From sequence record OR885871: 64,000 nt of DNA; one strand, given 5' to 3'. The notes under the pieces were generated by a model that was not told the DNA's origin, did not search any database, and worked only from the letters and a program-made list of their open reading frames with translations. The stretch is from Escherichia phage vB_EcoM_JN03. Positions 27,317-35,572 of this stretch are shown here, piece after piece (the stretch's first letter is position 1; each line of letters begins with the position of its first letter). A program made the translations under genes and the position numbers.

Positions 27317-28639
27317 ATGACTAAGAAACTTGTAACCGAAGAAATGCGCAAACAGTGGCTGCCAGTTCTCCAAAAAGAATCTGAAGCTATTCAACCTCTG
27401 TCTGCCGAAAACGTAACCATCCGTCTGATGCAGAACCAGGCTGAATGGAACGCAAAAAACCTGGGCGAATCTGACGCACCTGGTTCTGTGAACAGCACTG
27501 TCGGTAAATGGCAGCCAGTTCTGATCGACATGGCAAAACGTCTGGCGCCGATCAACATCGCGATGGACTTCTTCGGTGTTCAGCCGCTGTCTGGTCCTGA
27601 CGGTCAGATCTTTGCACTGCGCGCTCGCCAGGGTGTTGGTGACAGTTCCAACACCGCACAGTCTCGTAAAGAACTGTTCATGCAGGAAGCCGATTCCGGC
27701 TATTCCGGTGATGGTACTGTACAGGCTGGCGACCCGTCAGGCTTTAGTCAGGCTGAGATCGAAGGTTCCGGCTCTGTCGTGACCACTATCGGTAAAGGTA
27801 TGCCGTCAACCGACGCGGAACTGCTGGGTACTACCACCAATCCGTGGGCGCGTGTTGGTATCACCGTTCAGAAAGCGACCGTTACTGCCAAGTCTCGCGG
27901 CCTGTACGCTGATTACAGCCATGAACTGCGTCAGGACATGATGGCAATTCACGGCGAAGACGTGGACAATATCCTGTCTGACGTGATGGTAACTGAAATT
28001 CAGGCGGAAATGAACCGTGAATTCATCCGTACCATGAACTTCAGTGCTGTTCGCTTCAAAAAATTCGGCACCAACGGTGTTGTTGATATCGCGCAGGACA
28101 TCTCCGGTCGTTGGGCGCTGGAAAAATGGAAGTTCCTAACTTTCATGCTGGAAGTTGAAGCGAACGGTATCGGTGTTGACACCCGTCGTGGTAAAGGCAA
28201 CCGTGTTCTGTGTTCTCCGAACGTGGCATCCGCTCTGGCGATGTCTGGCATGCTGGACTATGCTCCGGTTCTGCAGGAAAACACTAAACTGGCTGTTGAC
28301 CCGACTGGCCAGACCTTCGCTGGTGTTCTGTCCAACGGTATGCGCGTCTATGTTGACCCGTATGCTGTAGCAGAATATATCACTCTGGCATACAAAGGCG
28401 CAACTGCGCTGGATGCCGGTATCTTCTTCGCGCCGTATGTGCCGCTGGAAATGTACCGCACCCAGGGTGAAACCACCTTCGCTCCGCGTATGGCGTTCAA
28501 AACCCGTTACGGCATCTGTGCTAACCCGTTCGTACAGATTCCGGCTAACCAAGACCCGCAGGTTTACGTGACTGCTGACGGTATTGCTCAAGACAGCAAC
28601 CCGTATTTCCGCAAAGGTCTGATCAAATCTCTGTTCTAA
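27317..28639 (+). CDS. gp23: Major capsid protein gp23 homolog
   Basis: MDFFGVQPLSGPDGQIFALRARQG aligns with T4 gp23 FDICGVQPMNSPTGQVFALRAVYG; high-expression codon usage. Confidence 0.9.
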   Translation: MTKKLVTEEMRKQWLPVLQKESEAIQPLSAENVTIRLMQNQAEWNAKNLGESDAPGSVNSTVGKWQPVLIDMAKRLAPINIAMDFFGVQPLSGPDGQIFALRARQGVGDSSNTAQSRKELFMQEADSGYSGDGTVQAGDPSGFSQAEIEGSGSVVTTIGKGMPSTDAELLGTTTNPWARVGITVQKATVTAKSRGLYADYSHELRQDMMAIHGEDVDNILSDVMVTEIQAEMNREFIRTMNFSAVRFKKFGTNGVVDIAQDISGRWALEKWKFLTFMLEVEANGIGVDTRRGKGNRVLCSPNVASALAMSGMLDYAPVLQENTKLAVDPTGQTFAGVLSNGMRVYVDPYAVAEYITLAYKGATALDAGIFFAPYVPLEMYRTQGETTFAPRMAFKTRYGICANPFVQIPANQDPQVYVTADGIAQDSNPYFRKGLIKSLF

Positions 28640-28657
28640 TCGACAGGGTTTGATAAC

Positions 28658-28687
28658 AAACCCCGCCGAAGCGGGGTTTTTCTTTAT
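28658..28687 (+). terminator. Rho-independent terminator (aaaccccgccgaagcggggttt + U-tract)
   Basis: Strong hairpin and T-run right after the capsid gene. Confidence 0.75.
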
Positions 28688-28733
28688 AGGGATATGTAAG
28701 ATAATAAAGCCTCATTTATCAAAGGAGGTTAAA

Positions 28734-28970
28734 ATGTCTCATCAATTATCCGGCGGTGCCGTCGATACTCTATTCGTTCTTTTCTGGTTTGGACCTCGTG
28801 AAGCTGGGGAAATACCTGCTAAATCTGGAGAAGCCGAATTGGCCTCCCTGGGGTTTTGTAAACGAGTTGATGTTAAAAACGTACCAAAAGGTCGAGATAC
28901 ACATCTGTGTGTACTCACCGAGGAAGGTTACAAATACGCATATCTGAAATATGTTTCTCAAAATACGTGA
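28734..28970 (+). CDS. Hypothetical protein (78 aa)
   Basis: ATG with RBS aaaggagg; the ORF-track start at 28650 overlaps the terminator. Confidence 0.5.
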   Translation: MSHQLSGGAVDTLFVLFWFGPREAGEIPAKSGEAELASLGFCKRVDVKNVPKGRDTHLCVLTEEGYKYAYLKYVSQNT

Positions 28971-29057
28971 TTGTTTATCGTAACGATTTAATACGCGAAT
29001 AGTTCAATAACAATTCCTGTTGTACGATATAACTTTCTTACAACAGGAGTATCAGTC

Positions 29058-29372
29058 ATGACAACCCGAAATATTACCTCTGAACAATCCGTGTCACAAA
29101 TCCTCATTAATTCCCGCACCCAAAAAGAACGTCTTTTTGACATCCTCACTAATGTGATCAATATTCGTCGACAATTAGATGGTGAATTTCCCGAATCTGA
29201 TTCTGAAGAAAAATCAACACACAATCCAGGTCTTGTTGGTGCTATCCTTAACATACAAGGAGAGCAGGACGATATCATCGATAGAATCAATGCTCACATG
29301 GACGTCATCCATACTAAACTGGGAACGTTTTATCACCCAAATTGTGAAGACGAGTCTAAAGATAATTGTTAA
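29058..29372 (+). CDS. Hypothetical protein (104 aa)
   Basis: RBS caggag 8 nt upstream. Confidence 0.5.
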   Translation: MTTRNITSEQSVSQILINSRTQKERLFDILTNVINIRRQLDGEFPESDSEEKSTHNPGLVGAILNIQGEQDDIIDRINAHMDVIHTKLGTFYHPNCEDESKDNC

Positions 29373-29433
29373 TGTTTTCAATAAATGGGTAATGAACCAT
29401 CATTACCCAACTTTCACAATAGGAATACAACTC

Positions 29434-29628
29434 ATGGCAAAAGAAACTCTTAACAATGAAAACTCCAACTTTGCAGAATGGCATACCGAATTAGAGCGCG
29501 TTGCCCGTTCTCAACATGGTTCTGCCGCTGATGCAGATGCTTGGCGTGAAGATTATGAATCTGGAAAAACTCCACGTCAGGCTTGGGAAGACGAATGGGG
29601 GTGGGATGATGCCGACTCTAATCCGTAA
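29434..29628 (+). CDS. Hypothetical small acidic Trp-rich protein (64 aa)
   Basis: Internal ATG of ORF 29179..29628, with RBS agga; the longer form overlaps the previous gene out of frame. Confidence 0.4.
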   Translation: MAKETLNNENSNFAEWHTELERVARSQHGSAADADAWREDYESGKTPRQAWEDEWGWDDADSNP

Positions 29629-29839
29629 GATATATCTGGATAAGAACTATTTGGAATCTAAAATCGAAGTTTTCACGGCTCAAAAAATATTTGAAGACGG
29701 TGAAACGAGATATTATCTGAATCCAGACCTTTATCTCCCAGGAAGTAATTTGAATCGCGACATATCCCAAATAGATGGCACAATCATTCGTTGGGAAATA
29801 GCGACGCAAGAAGACAACTGTCACAACATAACACTTTGA
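29606..29839 (+). CDS. Hypothetical protein (77 aa)
   Basis: ATG after a G-rich RBS-like stretch (ggggtggg); overlaps the upstream stop. Weak support. Confidence 0.3.
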   Translation: MMPTLIRKIYLDKNYLESKIEVFTAQKIFEDGETRYYLNPDLYLPGSNLNRDISQIDGTIIRWEIATQEDNCHNITL

Positions 29840-29854
29840 AGAGAGAACTACATC

Positions 29855-30301
29855 ATGTCTAAACAAAATTATATCTTTATTAGTCCAGGACGTTCCCAGT
29901 TTTTTCGTAGCGACATCGATACACCTATCGAAGGTTTTCGCATTTTCAAATGCTATAAATTGGCCAGCGGTGACATTGATTATCAAAGTCACGACAATGA
30001 CCGCCAAGACTTGGTTGATAACGGTTGGGAAGAAATAGATTCTCCTCAATATCTGACCGTCAACCTTTATTATATGAAGGAAAGCGGTAAATATTATTCG
30101 ACTGGGGAGTTGAAAATCCGAGTTTCAGAAGCCCAATCCAATCCAGCAAAAAGTTGGTATGACACGCAAGAGTTAGTGCGTGATCTCCTGAAGAAAGGCG
30201 AACTGCCTGGCTTGGTTAAAGGTTCCCGTTTTGATACCTTCATGTCCTGCGAACAACACCCGTGCTATGTTCCGACTTTATTTAAAATCAGCAACATGTG
30301 A
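29855..30301 (+). CDS. Hypothetical protein (148 aa)
   Basis: ORF with start close to the upstream stop; no motif recognised. Confidence 0.45.
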   Translation: MSKQNYIFISPGRSQFFRSDIDTPIEGFRIFKCYKLASGDIDYQSHDNDRQDLVDNGWEEIDSPQYLTVNLYYMKESGKYYSTGELKIRVSEAQSNPAKSWYDTQELVRDLLKKGELPGLVKGSRFDTFMSCEQHPCYVPTLFKISNM

Positions 30302-30312
30302 GAGATTAATAT

Positions 30313-30687
30313 ATGAGCAATTTACCACTGCTTCAAGTCGGCGATGTGTTCGTTCTCACAGAAGAAATGACCATTGAAACTCAGGTGCCTAAGCATTTCT
30401 TGTATTCTAATTGCAAGGGAGATTGGCAAACGGACTCTGGTTATATCACCCCTGAGGGATTCTTCGGTTACATGCAAGGGCATTATGTCGTTACCAAAAC
30501 AGCTCTACAAGGAGGTAGCGCTGGTCACGACCCATACCCAGACGGTCATCATGTTTGGGCACAGCATACCGAAAATGAACGCATCAGGATCTGTTTTTAT
30601 CAGACAGGCAGCTTCAGAAACATGCACCGTAACGTTCCAGTAGTCGGAAAAGCCAAGGCGCAAACATGGACTTGGGAGAAATTATGA
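30313..30687 (+). CDS. Hypothetical protein (124 aa)
   Basis: Compact spacing; no motif recognised. Confidence 0.45.
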   Translation: MSNLPLLQVGDVFVLTEEMTIETQVPKHFLYSNCKGDWQTDSGYITPEGFFGYMQGHYVVTKTALQGGSAGHDPYPDGHHVWAQHTENERIRICFYQTGSFRNMHRNVPVVGKAKAQTWTWEKL

Positions 30688-30920
30688 GAATCAAAAAGAT
30701 TGGAGCAAGCCCGTTGACGGGCACTATCTTCCAAGGTACATTGAATACCAAAACCAGTATGTGGGTAGGTGAGAAGACCGACGTGACTAACGACTGTGTA
30801 GCGGCTACGGCTGAACACATGCGCCACATCAAGAAAGACTACTGCTTCCCTACTAAAGACGGCAAGTTCCTGGTGCTGAGCGCTGAGGTTCACGACACTC
30901 TTCCTGATCGCTTCAAATAA
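30666..30920 (+). CDS. Hypothetical protein (84 aa; start may be the ATG at 30684)
   Basis: Overlaps the upstream gene; the ATG at 30684 has RBS ggaga. Confidence 0.4.
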   Translation: MDLGEIMRIKKIGASPLTGTIFQGTLNTKTSMWVGEKTDVTNDCVAATAEHMRHIKKDYCFPTKDGKFLVLSAEVHDTLPDRFK

Positions 30921-30945
30921 ATTTAAAATTTATTCAATAAACGGG

Positions 30946-30974
30946 GTTTACTTCTTCAATAAACCCCGTATACT
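30946..30974 (+). promoter_or_regulatory. Sigma70-like early promoter (GTTTAC - 17 nt - TATACT) embedded in a hairpin
   Basis: Same GGGGTTTAC -35 context as the cassettes at 49.7 and 50.05 kb; 17-nt spacer; upstream of the gene at 31008. Confidence 0.45.
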
Positions 30975-31007
30975 TCATTCCATAAGCAGCACAACACTGA
31001 CTCTGAA

Positions 31008-31319
31008 ATGAAGGACTACACCATGAACAACATGCCAACCACCAAAACTGCTCTGGAAATCGATTCTCGCTTTATCGTTGAAGCATGGGCCAACAGCCAA
31101 AACTCTTATGTGTATTCCCTTTATGTCGGTGACACTTATGTTTCTTGCCTCGGCATCGACGGCTCCAAGAACGAGCACGGCGTGAACGAGCGCTATACCA
31201 AAAAGCAGGCTATCGCTGATGCTACCAAATTCGCGACCGACATTCTGGGTCGCATCAATGCGGGTAAACCGTACAAACGCGGTGAAAAGGGCTATGTCAC
31301 CCAATTGCTTGGTGCTTGA
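31008..31319 (+). CDS. Hypothetical protein (103 aa)
   Basis: Start context gaaggactacaccATG, a recurring early-gene initiation motif in this window. Confidence 0.5.
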   Translation: MKDYTMNNMPTTKTALEIDSRFIVEAWANSQNSYVYSLYVGDTYVSCLGIDGSKNEHGVNERYTKKQAIADATKFATDILGRINAGKPYKRGEKGYVTQLLGA

Positions 31320-31388
31320 TTTGTTCTAAACCTTTGAACGGGGTATGTTAACCGCATACCCTATCCCCTACAAATAGAGGACTTTACC

Positions 31389-31733
31389 ATGACAGTCGAC
31401 ACCAAACTGAATAATTCCGTGGAGATCCCCAACATCGTCAAATTCGAAAAGCCGAGCGAGCGTAAGCCACGCAAAACGCGCCGCCTGGTCACCAAGCTGG
31501 ATCTTCTGAAACAGAAGTTCGGCGATCACAGTGTGTTCACTCGCATCCGTAACGCATTAAAGGAAGGGCGAACCGAGTTGGAGCTATATCGTCCAAACGG
31601 TTCCACTCGTGCGTATCAGACCACCGACGGCTTGCTGGAACTGATCCGCCTCTCGGGAATGAGCATAGAACCTCGTTCATCAGGGACTCCCTTGTGCAGC
31701 CTGTATGTAATCGGCAATCTTGGGGCGCTGTGA
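31389..31733 (+). CDS. Hypothetical protein (114 aa)
   Basis: RBS agagga; basic N-terminus. Confidence 0.45.
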   Translation: MTVDTKLNNSVEIPNIVKFEKPSERKPRKTRRLVTKLDLLKQKFGDHSVFTRIRNALKEGRTELELYRPNGSTRAYQTTDGLLELIRLSGMSIEPRSSGTPLCSLYVIGNLGAL

Positions 31734-31738
31734 GTTCT

Positions 31739-32161
31739 ATGAAGAAGTATATCGTTCTTATAACGGGTTCCCGTTCTATAACTGAGCGGGATAAAATATT
31801 TGCCAAATTAGATGAACTCTTAATCCCTCACGAGATAGAGACGTTTATTGAAGGTGAAGCAGTAGGTGTGGATCTGATATCCCGTGATTGGTGTGAAATC
31901 AATTATGTGCATATTACACCAATGCCGATTCCTCAAAATTACCATACGTTATATGGGAAAGGTGCGGGCAATCAACGTAACAAAGATATGCTGGACAAGG
32001 CTCTAACATTGGCGAAGCAAAAAGATCTTGAGGTCTTTGGAATTGCATTATGGGATGGTTCGTCTACTGGGACGCAAGACATGATCAAGCGCATGAAGAA
32101 AGCGGGAATAAATGTCAATATCACTCTCATGGGCAAACCCAAAACCAAACGATTGTTATAA
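31739..32161 (+). CDS. SLOG/LOG-like Rossmann-fold protein (DUF2493-like)
   Basis: N-terminal LITGSRS and downstream ALWDGSSTGTQDMIKR resemble the GGSR and PGGxGTxxE motifs of the Smf/DprA-LOG (SLOG) fold. Start uncertain (31694 or 31739). Confidence 0.45.
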   Translation: MKKYIVLITGSRSITERDKIFAKLDELLIPHEIETFIEGEAVGVDLISRDWCEINYVHITPMPIPQNYHTLYGKGAGNQRNKDMLDKALTLAKQKDLEVFGIALWDGSSTGTQDMIKRMKKAGINVNITLMGKPKTKRLL

Positions 32162-32191
32162 ATAAATTTGCCACCCATGAGGAGTTATACC

Positions 32192-32362
32192 ATGTTACAA
32201 ATACTGTTGGTGCTTTGTGTCGCATTTACCATGTACTTCATGGCGCGCATCTGTTTTATTACTTTAGATGACATGAAGGGTATCCCACGTGACCCCAAAT
32301 TCATCTTTCTGAAGAAGTTTGCCAAAAAGTTCTCAGAAAACTTTATTTATCATCTACCATGA
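32192..32362 (+). CDS. Small hydrophobic membrane protein (~57 aa)
   Basis: ATG with RBS gaggag; single TM helix LQILLVLCVAFTMYFMARICFI. Confidence 0.4.
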   Translation: MLQILLVLCVAFTMYFMARICFITLDDMKGIPRDPKFIFLKKFAKKFSENFIYHLP

Positions 32363-32392
32363 TTAAATACCCCCAAAATTGGGGGTATTTTT

Positions 32393-33121
32393 ATGAACGC
32401 ACAAATCTACGATGTCCTTTCCTCTGGTAACGCATTTAGCAATCCGCTTCCGTCCCTCTCCGGTCCCTCACAGGATTTAATCACCAGTGGTAGTACCAAT
32501 ATACCATTGATAACTGCCAACGCGACTCCGGAAATGCAGGTGGCTATGTCAGCAGGTGGATTAACACCAGATAAACTTACAGCAGCCACAAACATGTATA
32601 GCTCTGCCAACACGGGGATAACGACACTGAACACATATGGCGACCAGAGCATAAATGAAGCGTATTCAAGAATTGGGACTTCCGTTTCATATAAATCAGG
32701 TTTGAAAAGTATATCACGGGAACCAAACAATTGTGACCTGATCAACAAAGCATTCGGTGTTATTCAGGATCTAGGCCGCCAATGGTTAAACGCTATGGAA
32801 GGCGCTCTCCAGACTGTGACTAACAAGATATCGGAATTGTATGACATGATTATGGAAGGTGCCTCAGAAGGGATGGCAAAACTACAGCAATTGGCTGCTG
32901 AAGTAACAGGACATATCAATGAGGCAATAACCGCCGTCAATGGAGTTATAAATGATATCACCGATGGGATAGCTGCAGAACTTGCTCATATTGAAAGTAT
33001 GATCAAAGAATGTCTAAACTTCTCTTTTGCGAATGTTCTTGGAGAATGGGCCAAAGATCTCTGTGCTGGAGGCGTTATTGATAAAATAGGGACTCCAGAA
33101 TTAAAAGAGTCCCTGAAATAA
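32393..33121 (+). CDS. Hypothetical protein (242 aa), possibly virion-associated
   Basis: Preceded by the box TTAAATAC and a hairpin; Ser/Thr/Gly/Asn-rich N-terminus, helical C-terminus. Confidence 0.45.
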   Translation: MNAQIYDVLSSGNAFSNPLPSLSGPSQDLITSGSTNIPLITANATPEMQVAMSAGGLTPDKLTAATNMYSSANTGITTLNTYGDQSINEAYSRIGTSVSYKSGLKSISREPNNCDLINKAFGVIQDLGRQWLNAMEGALQTVTNKISELYDMIMEGASEGMAKLQQLAAEVTGHINEAITAVNGVINDITDGIAAELAHIESMIKECLNFSFANVLGEWAKDLCAGGVIDKIGTPELKESLK

Positions 33122-33820
33122 TCAATGTCTAGCGGGGAGAACTCCCACTGGTTCGATACCTTCCATCACCAGGGAGTTCACCCCAACATCACTCATTCGA
33201 ATCCATACTTTACCGCCTGGTCTTATTTCATAGATGTTCATTTCATTACCCACAGCAGATCCATTAACGAAAACACCCTGAGTGGCAATTCGGATCGGAG
33301 ATTTGGTGTTATTAACTATCTGAAATGATATTGCAACGTCTCTGGTGATTTCTACGTCCCTTGCTTGAGTATTCCTTCTGAGTTTGTCAAAGAAAGAAGG
33401 GTTGAAAGTCGCTATGATGCTATTATTCTGAGAGTAATAAATACTTGCGGATAGATATGGGATCTTTCCTTCGTCACCTTTCCTCAATAGGGGAATCGTG
33501 GTTTTCCAGTATGGTCTCAGTGACTGGTTGTTATCATCAAAACAACCAACAGCTTGAAGAGTCTGGAAGTTCTGAAAATCAGATACTACTTGATTCAGAA
33601 TATTTTTATTGCATTTATCAATGTCGGCTGAGATGTTAACAGGTATGGTTCTGATTTCAGGATCCCAGAGGTCGGTTACAGAAATGACGGACGTGACAAA
33701 GATACGGCAACTTGTGAGTGCAAGCACCATTATCATCGTCATGATCCATTTTCTGAATCCGCGTGTCAGGAACACTAAAACGTTCTCCACAGCAAAGGTG
33801 CTAACATGACAGGTGTACAA
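33122..33820 (-). CDS. Putative lipoprotein / membrane protein (minus strand)
   Basis: Positively charged n-region and hydrophobic stretch ending in lipobox-like LTSC (RGFRKWIMTMIMVLALTSC). True start may be an internal Met near 33742. Confidence 0.5.
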   Translation of the reverse strand: MYTCHVSTFAVENVLVFLTRGFRKWIMTMIMVLALTSCRIFVTSVISVTDLWDPEIRTIPVNISADIDKCNKNILNQVVSDFQNFQTLQAVGCFDDNNQSLRPYWKTTIPLLRKGDEGKIPYLSASIYYSQNNSIIATFNPSFFDKLRRNTQARDVEITRDVAISFQIVNNTKSPIRIATQGVFVNGSAVGNEMNIYEIRPGGKVWIRMSDVGVNSLVMEGIEPVGVLPARH

Positions 33821-34303
33821 TTCAAAAACGAAAATCCTAATTTCGCGGCTTCCGATAAATGGCGCTTAACTATCGGAGACCTGATATTGCTTACTCGTTC
33901 AATACATGACTTCAGTATTCCTGGAGTGTATTCTGAAGGTATCGAGGGTCCATCCCCTGGCGATGTGCTCAACTCCATACCTTCAGAACGTCTCACGTAT
34001 GACCCCATCGTATTTACGTTCGTTATCGATGAGAGTTGGTACAACTGGGAACAGATTTACAATTGGATTGCGTCTAATGCTGGATCTGATTTAGCTGTTA
34101 GCCGCGACATCACCATCGACCTTCTTGATAACATGAATCGACCTATTGGTCTACAATTGTTGTTGGAAGAAGCCCGTCCCACAGCTTTGGATAACGTATT
34201 GGTGGATGTGGATGCTGCGGTTCCCCAACTGGTCACGACTGTTACGTTCAAATATTTGAAACTGACTCCGACTCGCGTCACCCGCGAAATTGATAAACAA
34301 TAA
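33806..34303 (+). CDS. Tail-tube-fold paralog (gp19/gp48/gp54-like), putative baseplate tube protein
   Basis: C-terminus LVDVDAAVPQLVTTVTFKYLKL mirrors the tube protein C-terminus LELDMSAMDSYTQFTVDLRYF; adjacent to recombination genes as baseplate hub genes are in T4. Confidence 0.4.
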   Translation: MTGVQFKNENPNFAASDKWRLTIGDLILLTRSIHDFSIPGVYSEGIEGPSPGDVLNSIPSERLTYDPIVFTFVIDESWYNWEQIYNWIASNAGSDLAVSRDITIDLLDNMNRPIGLQLLLEEARPTALDNVLVDVDAAVPQLVTTVTFKYLKLTPTRVTREIDKQ

Positions 34304-34341
34304 GTTATAATACAGAGAGTTGAAACAGCAGGGAATAAATC

Positions 34342-34797
34342 ATGAGCGAAACAAAACTTGAAACGATGAAAACCGAAGATATAATGGCAGAATTGGAACC
34401 TCTTATTTCGGTAAATCCTGAAGACATGAACTTGGACCAAATGTCATTGAAAATTGGTCGTTCGTGGATGACTGTGCAACGCCATTATATTCGTGAAGGA
34501 AGATATCTGGAGTATCTAACTGGCAAATTCCGCCAAATAGATCTCTATTTACGCCGATTTTATGCAGGGGAATTGCCGCCCAACGTTTATGTTGAACGCC
34601 CATTAAAAGTTCGACCCCTGAAATCTGATATAGATGTATGGGTAAAAGCAGATGATGATTATATCGAATTGTCTAGCATGCTTCAAGAGCAGAAAGCCAA
34701 AGTCAAGTTCATCGAAAGTTGCTTAGATCGTTTGAACAAACTCGGATATGAAGTGAAGAATGCTATTGATTGGCGAAAATATTTGGATGGGATGTAA
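34342..34797 (+). CDS. uvsY: UvsY-like recombination mediator (tentative)
   Basis: C-terminal FIESCLDRLNKLGYEVKNAIDWRKY resembles T4 UvsY FCSGALDAIKSRGFAIKHIQDMR; next to uvsW; similar size. Confidence 0.4.
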   Translation: MSETKLETMKTEDIMAELEPLISVNPEDMNLDQMSLKIGRSWMTVQRHYIREGRYLEYLTGKFRQIDLYLRRFYAGELPPNVYVERPLKVRPLKSDIDVWVKADDDYIELSSMLQEQKAKVKFIESCLDRLNKLGYEVKNAIDWRKYLDGM

Positions 34798-35543
34798 TGG
34801 TTTCTCTACAGGCTTTGCGCAAACTTAATGACTTTGAAAATCGTCATCATACATTTCAGCAATATTCCTTGCCGTTTAAGGAACTGACTTGCGTAACTAC
34901 CGAAAATGGTCGTCACTATGTTTCTCCCACTGGAGTCAAACTGACTTCAGTGACGACCATGTTAGGGCGTACTGGTGACCACACATGGTTAGAAGCCTGG
35001 CGGGACAAGTTGGGGCATGAAGCTGCTGATATAGAAACGCATCGTTGCGCAGACCGTGGGGAAAAACTTCATTTGGCTTGTGAGTTGTATCTCAAAAACA
35101 GACCAATGAAAGAAGTTCTGGAAGCTGCAGGGGAATACGTGTTTATGTTCAAACAGGTTTTCCCCTACCTTAACAAAATGAGCAAGATATATGCACAAGA
35201 GATTCCATTATATAGCGAAGTCCTGGGTCTTGCTGGTCGTGTTGACCTCATCGGGGTTTACGAAGGAATTCCAAGCATAATCGATTTCAAAACATCCAAC
35301 ACCCTAAAAACTCGAAGCATGATAGAAGATTATAGTATTCAATTGTGTCTATACTCAGTCATGTTTCAACAAATGTTTAATGTCAAGATAGAGCGTTTAA
35401 TCAATATTATATCCAACGAAAATGCCCTTGTTCCCACCATAATCGAATTCGATCGCAAAGACGTTATTTCTAAAATGTTTGACCGTGTCCGTCTGTATCA
35501 CAAAATGGACAAAGAACAGAAAGGAATCTGGGCGGATCGCTAA
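34770..35543 (+). CDS. PD-(D/E)xK-type nuclease superfamily protein
   Basis: Motif GRVDLIGV...SIIDFKTS (D ... D-x-K) with an upstream acidic residue, typical of RecB/Cas4/lambda-exo-like nucleases. Confidence 0.5.
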   Translation: MAKIFGWDVMVSLQALRKLNDFENRHHTFQQYSLPFKELTCVTTENGRHYVSPTGVKLTSVTTMLGRTGDHTWLEAWRDKLGHEAADIETHRCADRGEKLHLACELYLKNRPMKEVLEAAGEYVFMFKQVFPYLNKMSKIYAQEIPLYSEVLGLAGRVDLIGVYEGIPSIIDFKTSNTLKTRSMIEDYSIQLCLYSVMFQQMFNVKIERLINIISNENALVPTIIEFDRKDVISKMFDRVRLYHKMDKEQKGIWADR

Positions 35544-35547
35544 ATAC
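35540..35547 (+). promoter_or_regulatory. Late-promoter-like box CTAAATAC upstream of uvsW
   Basis: About 25 nt upstream of the uvsW start. Confidence 0.4.
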
Positions 35548-35572
35548 TCCATAATATTGGGGGAAATTAGTG

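Noticed and set aside
29179-29628. Longer 149-aa form of the ORF ending at 29628.
   Set aside because: Its 5' two-thirds overlap the RBS-supported gene 29058..29372 in another frame; an internal ATG at 29434 with its own RBS is more plausible.
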